Below are positions 57,901 to 64,000 of a DNA stretch of 64,000 bases, one piece after another (position 1 is the stretch's first letter; each line of letters starts with the position of its first letter). Under the pieces are notes generated by a model, which saw only the letters and a program-made list of their open reading frames with translations, made no database searches and was not told where the DNA came from. The DNA comes from the human T2T-CHM13v2.0 reference genome, Homo sapiens. The position numbers were made by a program, and so were the translations under genes. Where the stretch lies: the NCBI GenBank assembly GCA_009914755.4, contig CP086569.2, positions 5,664,001-5,728,000 on the forward strand, written 5' to 3'.

Positions 57901-59635
57901 CAAAGTGAAGGACATAAAACAATACCTGAGCAACTTGAAAAAAAGTTTTTAAAAATGAAGTACATATTATAAAAATATTAACGATGCCAAAATTAATTTA
58001 CAAATTTAATGAACTTTCAGTTAGAATACAACTACTGAGAGCTAGAATTCTTAAAATTGGTTAAAAATAATTTAAAAGACTATATAATAAATGCCTGAGT
58101 ATATCCAATAAAATAGTAGAAAAGGCAAATAGAACTTGCCTTAGTAGCTATAGAATGTATCAGAAAGCCACTATAATTAAAACAGTATAGTATTGCTATA
58201 AAATTATGAAATTAGGTTATTTAAAATAATAAAGATATTTGATGCATAGTGTATGCTTACAGGGTTTTGATGAGTGAAAGGTATCACCCATGAATTTTAT
58301 ACTCCGGAGTTTTCATTTATGTGTGAAGGTATTTAAAATAATTTCTTGCATGTACATAGACTTAAGATGTGGAAAACAATTATCGACATATTTCATGTTA
58401 TTTAAAAGCAATAAAAATACTCATAGATGAGGATGCTGGAATATAAAAGGATTGAAGAGAGTTTTGAAAATCTAAAAGCAATGGTAAACATGGCTTCAGA
58501 ATATATTACACTTCTTATGAGTATATTATATTTTTGGAGAGCATATTTAAAATAATAGACACTAGATCATACCAGCTCAAATTAACAGATAGGAGGATGT
58601 GTAAAAATGTTCTCATTTTACCTAATTACTGTCTCATTCTAATGCTGATCATCAAGTAAATATAGATTTAGGAATTATTTAAAAATTAAAATTAGGACCT
58701 TATATGAATAAATACGTTTCTTTGCCAATATTGCTTTTGTCGTTACACACAATATCTATTACACGTACACTGGTGAACACACAATAATTCTGTCTTTCTA
58801 GTCATATATATTCATTGTAGGACTGTAAATAAAACATCCTGTTCTCCTTAGCCAAGGAGTAGTTGTATGTCCCAGACTAGTGAATTCATACCTGAAACAC
58901 AAAAAACGGAAAAATCATTTTAAGTTAATTTATTCTATTGGTGGTATCATGATGAATATTCTCTGATACCTGGACCCCTATTTCTTCCCTGGAAGCTACA
59001 TTTTTTTTTCTGATTCTGGTTCTGTAGCCTTCCTATCAGTCCTATGATCCCACTGATACCTTTCCCAAAAATTGTTTATTCTGTCCAAACTAGTGAGACA
59101 CAAGTTTTATTCTTTACAGCCAACGAAGGTAACTGATACGATTATCAACACTTAAAACAAGTTTTACAATTTTGAATAGAGGTACAAGTCTAAGAAAAAA
59201 AACACTAACACAGAAAATTAAAAATTCAAATAAAAATAAAATAGGATGGAAATTTAAATGACATATATAATATCAAATATATACAGTGAAACAATAAATA
59301 TACCATTATGTACTAAAATAGACTTTGTGTAGGACAAGTATTAAAGATAAAAAGTCTATGTAGAAGGAGGCCACAGTATGTAAAGTAAATGAGTGAGTCT
59401 AGGTATATGTGCAGTAGAAACACATACCTATGTGTATCAGAAGACATAAACAAGAGTGTTCATGGTTGCATTTGACATAATAGTCCCAAACTCAAAAAAG
59501 TACACATAACAAAAATATTAGAAAGAGACCATTTCATATACATGTTCACAATTTCTTCCAAAAACATGAGACAAATATCTATGTTATTGACAACATTGCA
59601 CATCCTAGAAAGAAAAAGTCATGCATATGCTTATA

Positions 59636-59700
59636 AAATACATATAAAATATAATTTCATATAAAATACATATAAAAATAATTTCATATAAAATACCTGA
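59636..59700. repeat. Short tandem repeat, about 3 copies of a ~21-bp unit (atttcatataaaatacatataaaa)
   Basis: catataaaatataatttcatataaaatacatataaaaataatttcatataaaatacc. Confidence 0.8.
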
Positions 59701-61798
59701 AATTATACATAATATATTACACAGCATGGTGGGTGTGGTGAAGAAAAATAAGACAGGGTAAACAGGTGGAGACTATGGTGATGGTGAGGTAGATTACAGA
59801 GGGTGGTCCTAGCTGCCCTTGAACAAAAACAAGAAACATGTCAAATTGATGGAGAAAACAAACCACCTGACAGTGCACAAACTGCATCAAGGTCTTGGGG
59901 TTAGAACATACTGCAGCAAGGAGAAAGATGAGGAGCAGAAGGGAAAATTCCCAAATTTGTGCAAGCATCATAACCTATGATTAGCGTCTTTGGGCTAACT
60001 TGTGCTCATTCTAATAGAAGAAGCACACCCCTGGATGGAGAATTAAGAGGCTAATGACACAAGATATAATGTACTACTATGTACCGCCACTGCACATGCA
60101 GGCCTGAAAACCACCCGCAACATGCTTAATATTATAGCAGCACTTCTTTCCCGCCTCTGTATAAATAATCATGTAAAACCCCCATAAATGGAGTTTCCCT
60201 AGTGCCAGTTGGTGCTGTCTCATTCTCAAGCAGCCCACTCTAACTTCGCTTTCAGAATTTATTTTTGCCTTGCAATAAAGCTTCTTTGCTTACTTTAACT
60301 TTGATTTAATTCTGTTTTGCAAACATGATCGATATTTGCATAACAAAACATGGAACACATTATGGTGGGAGGAGACTGACCAACAGTGAGAGTAATAGAA
60401 TATGTGATAGGAGAAGCAGCTGAGGGCTGTCATCTTTACAGGGCCCTGTAAGCCACTGTAAGTAATTTAGTTTTTACTTTCAGTGAGAGGGGTCATTTTT
60501 GGTAGGTTACTAACCTATATCTGTAAAGTATCAATCTGGGACAATATGATGAATAGACTATAAAAAAGCAAGTGTGGATTCATGGAGAAGCATTAAGAGG
60601 CTACTGAAAAATAATCTGAATGAGAGAATAATAGTGGTTTTGACTAGGTAGTGTAGGGAGATGATGAGAGTGGTCAGATTATTACAAAGTTATATCTGAT
60701 TAATTGAATGTGGTATCTGAAAAGGGAAGACAAAGTCATTGACCATTTTAGGGAATTTGACCTGCACAACATGAAGAAGAATGAAGTTGCCTTTAACTAC
60801 TGAGATGTGTGTCATATATATGTATGTATGAAAATGACTTGAAGTATATGTATGTATCATACAGTTACAGTAGTTACATCTATGTGTGGAATTAGAGATT
60901 TTTTTCTTTTTGCATATCTATATTTGGCATTAATTTTATTCAGAAATGCATTGGCTTTTATTGCAGTCATACAAATTACCATGAACTTACTAACTTAAAA
61001 CAATATAAGTTTATTATCTTCTAGTTCTTTAGGTCAGATGTCTGATACTGTTCTGACTGAGCTAAAATCAAGGTCTTGGCATGGCTGTATTCCTTTATGG
61101 AGGCTCCAGAAGAGAATCCATTTCTTTGCTATTCCCAGCTTCTGAAGTCCATCCACATTCCTTGAGTTGAGGATCCCTTCCACCTTCTTTACAGCCAGGA
61201 ATCTAATGTCTCTCTGAACCTTTTTACATTGTCTCAAATTTCTCTTTCAGCATAGCAGGAGAAAGTTCTTCACTTTTAAAGATGCATATGATTAGGTGGA
61301 GCTAACCTGGATAATATAGGATAATCTACACACCAATATGTTTTTAACCATAATCACATCTGTAGAGTTTCTTTTACCATGTAGATAGATATTAATGGGT
61401 TCTGAGAATTAGGATGTAGACATATTTGTTTGACTATTATTTTGCCTACCACAACAAATGGCCATTTCTGGAAGAAACACGTATGTGAATGAGGCAATAT
61501 TCAAAATATATTCTTACACCCAAAACCCATTAATGACTACTGTTTAATTTTTAGCTAACTTCCTTCTAAATTCTAAGCATGCAGACTTTCTCTTCTTTTT
61601 CCAATTAAAAATATACTATACACAAATTTATTCACTCAATATTTATTCAACAGTGCCAGGCCATATGTTTGACAGTGGATATAAAAACTACAACCATAGT
61701 TTTATAGCATTATATTATAAGCACTTACACTGTTATTAAATAATTAAAAAAATAACTTTCAAAGCATAATAAGAATGTACTAAAATTCATTTAACATT

Positions 61799-62157
61799 TG
61801 TATTAGTCTGTTTTCACACTGCTGATAAAGACATACCTAAGACTGGGCAACTTACGAAAGGGAGAGGTTTAATTGGACTTACAGTCCTGTGTGTAGCTGG
61901 GGAAGCCTCACAATCATGTCACAAGGTAAGGAAGAGCAAGTCACATCTTACATGGATGGCAGCAAGCAAACAGAGAGAGCTTGTGCAGGGGAGCTCCTCT
62001 TTTTAAAACCATCAAATCTAGTGAGACTTATTCATTATCAAGAGAACAGCACATGAAAGACTTGCCCCCATGATTCAATTACCTCCCACTGGGTCCCTCT
62101 CAAAACATGTGGGAATTCAAGATGAGATTTGGGTGGGGACACAGCCAAACCATATCA
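61799..62157 (-). mobile_element. Solo LTR of the THE1/MST (ERVL-MaLR) family, minus strand, nearly full length, flanked by 5-bp target-site duplication ACATT
   Basis: The plus strand reads tgtattagtctgttttcacactgctgataaagacatacctaagactgggcaa..ggtttaattggacttacagt..ctggggaagcctcacaatcatg..caagtcacatcttacatggatggcagcaag..cccccatgattcaattacctcccactgggtccctctcaaaacatgtgggaattcaagatgagatttgggtggggacacagccaaaccatatca. This is the reverse complement of the THE1 consensus (TGATATGGTTTGGCTGTGTCCCCACCCAAATCTCATCTTGAATT...GGACTAATACA). ACATT at 61794-61798 and 62158-62162. Confidence 0.7.
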
Positions 62158-63759
62158 ACATTGGTCCAATATTGGGCCGTAAAGTTAGTATATTATAATT
62201 TAACCATAAACATATATGCACTTTTGTGTATTTCCTGATTATCTGCCCAAAAAGTCATCCTAGAAGAGGATCAACCACAAAAAAGTACATAAGCATTTTA
62301 AAATATAATTTCAACAATGCAAGAGTTTTTGGTGTATTTATATACCAATTTATGTAATCACAGTAACAGGGTACCAGGTATTTTGTCTGTATATATTGAT
62401 ACAAATATGATGTGTATCATTCTCCTTTTCCACTTGACAATCTATCTCAGAGACCTTTCAATTTCAGTAGGTATAAATGTAGTTTGTTATTTTTAAATAT
62501 CATATAACACTGAATAAAATATATATACCATGTTTAATATGGTGACTGTCATAGTGTTGGATATTTACACATTTCCTCTTTGTTTGTTATTATAATCTTT
62601 TGTTTCAGATTCATAAACTGATTTCCAAAAGGCTGAAGCAATTTAGATGGTAAGTACTACCATATGTTTATGGGGCTGACTATCTCATATACCCTTGCCA
62701 ATTGTTTTAACATAAATTTATTTTATTATAAACAATGTTGAATATTTCATTGGCTTATGACCATTTATATTTCTTTTTTATTAATTATTTATATTTCTTA
62801 CCACAAAATAACACTCTTTATATATCAGTTAGTTAATTTTGACACCTAAAATGATCATGATTGACCCTGCATATTGGTGATCAATAGTGCTAGTGGCTGA
62901 GTTGTAATTAGGAAAGTCAAGAATTAACAAAGAGATTATACTTCTGTGCATGAGGACCAGAAAATGAAGAGCTCTGAGATTAGGGATAGACTTCAATGAG
63001 AAGGTTTCCACACAGGAATGAATAGTTCAGTTCAGTATGGCTGATATATGGATCTAGTGCATTAGAAATATGATAAATAATCTTAGAAAAGTAGTTAGGG
63101 ACCATATTGTGGAGAGCCATAAATTCAAGATTAAAAGTCTTTTTCCACCCTATGGTAAATAAAAAGCAGAAAGTGCATTAGAACTGTGCTGTAGAAACAT
63201 TAATCTCTTCAGTCCTAAATTGGAGTCAGGAAAGGAGTCCTGCTACTAATAAAAAAAAAGAAAACAAATCTGAAGTGGTAGAAGTAAAAATCTTGTTTAC
63301 TTGCAACTGATTTGATGTGAGAAGTGGGGTGAGGTGTGAAAAAAATCAAAAATGATTATAAGGGTTGGGGTGAGGACGATGACAATAAAATCAGTTAAAA
63401 AAAATGGTAAGGGAAATCGTGAGCTACAGCAAAGCAAAGTAGTTAAGGCCAAGAACTGTAGCGCTAGATTGCTCAATCTAAAATCCTGGCTCTACTATTT
63501 GCCAGCTGTGTGATCACAGCCACTAAAACTTTCTGTGGCTCCGTTTTTCCATCTCTAAAATAGGAATGATTTTAAGAAATAGTATCTTCAGAAGGTTGTT
63601 GCAAGAATGTACCCCTTAATTTATGTAAAGCACCTAGAACACTGCTTGGCACTTTACTATTATTTACTGGTTTTTAAAGAAAGATGACCTCACTAAAAAC
63701 TGATGAAGATCTTAACAGATACCTCCATAAAAAATACATATGAAAAATAAACACATGAA

Positions 63760-64000
63760 AAGATATTCCACATCATATGTCATCAGGGAAATGAAAAGTA
63801 AAACAACAGTGAGATACCACTACACACCTATTAGATTGGCCAAAATTCAGAACACTGACAGCACCAAATGCTGGTGAGGATGGAGACCAACAGGAACTCT
63901 CATTCATTGCTGATGGGAATGCAAAATTGTGCAACCACTTAGGAAGACAGTTTGGCAGTTTCTTACCAAAGTAAACATACTCTTATCATATGATCTATCA
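63760..64000 (+). mobile_element. Old L1 (L1M-like) ORF2 C-terminal fragment running off the window end
   Basis: catcagggaaatgaaaagtaaaacaacagtgagataccactacacacctattagattggccaaaattcagaacactgacagcaccaaatgctggtgaggatggagaccaacaggaactctcattcattgctgatgggaatgcaaaattgtgcaaccacttagg. Confidence 0.55.

Overview
This window is human (primate) nuclear genomic DNA, not a prokaryotic locus. It is visibly AT-rich and dominated by LINE-1 (L1) retrotransposon fragments of several ages on both strands, many nested into one another. It also holds at least 11 Alu SINEs (five with clear target-site duplications), a MADE1-like mariner MITE, a THE1/MST-type solo LTR with a 5-bp duplication, MIR-like sequence, and several micro- and minisatellites. 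I found no convincing host protein-coding exon, tRNA, rRNA or CRISPR array. Every ORF over about 100 aa in the six-frame track translates recognisable L1 ORF1/ORF2 or Alu sequence. The most notable structures are a young L1PA 3' end with a 5' inversion (twin priming) and a 14-bp target-site duplication at 50634-52018, and three scrambled L1 clusters (11.6-17.1 kb, 30.8-36.0 kb, 45.8-52.0 kb) where L1 segments of alternating orientation and overlapping L1 coordinates abut. I see nothing resembling a novel defence or biosynthetic system, so the findings are about repeat architecture. Element names are recalled from family consensus sequences and coordinates were placed by eye, so most boundaries carry tens of bp of uncertainty. 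Subfamily calls need RepeatMasker/Dfam confirmation.
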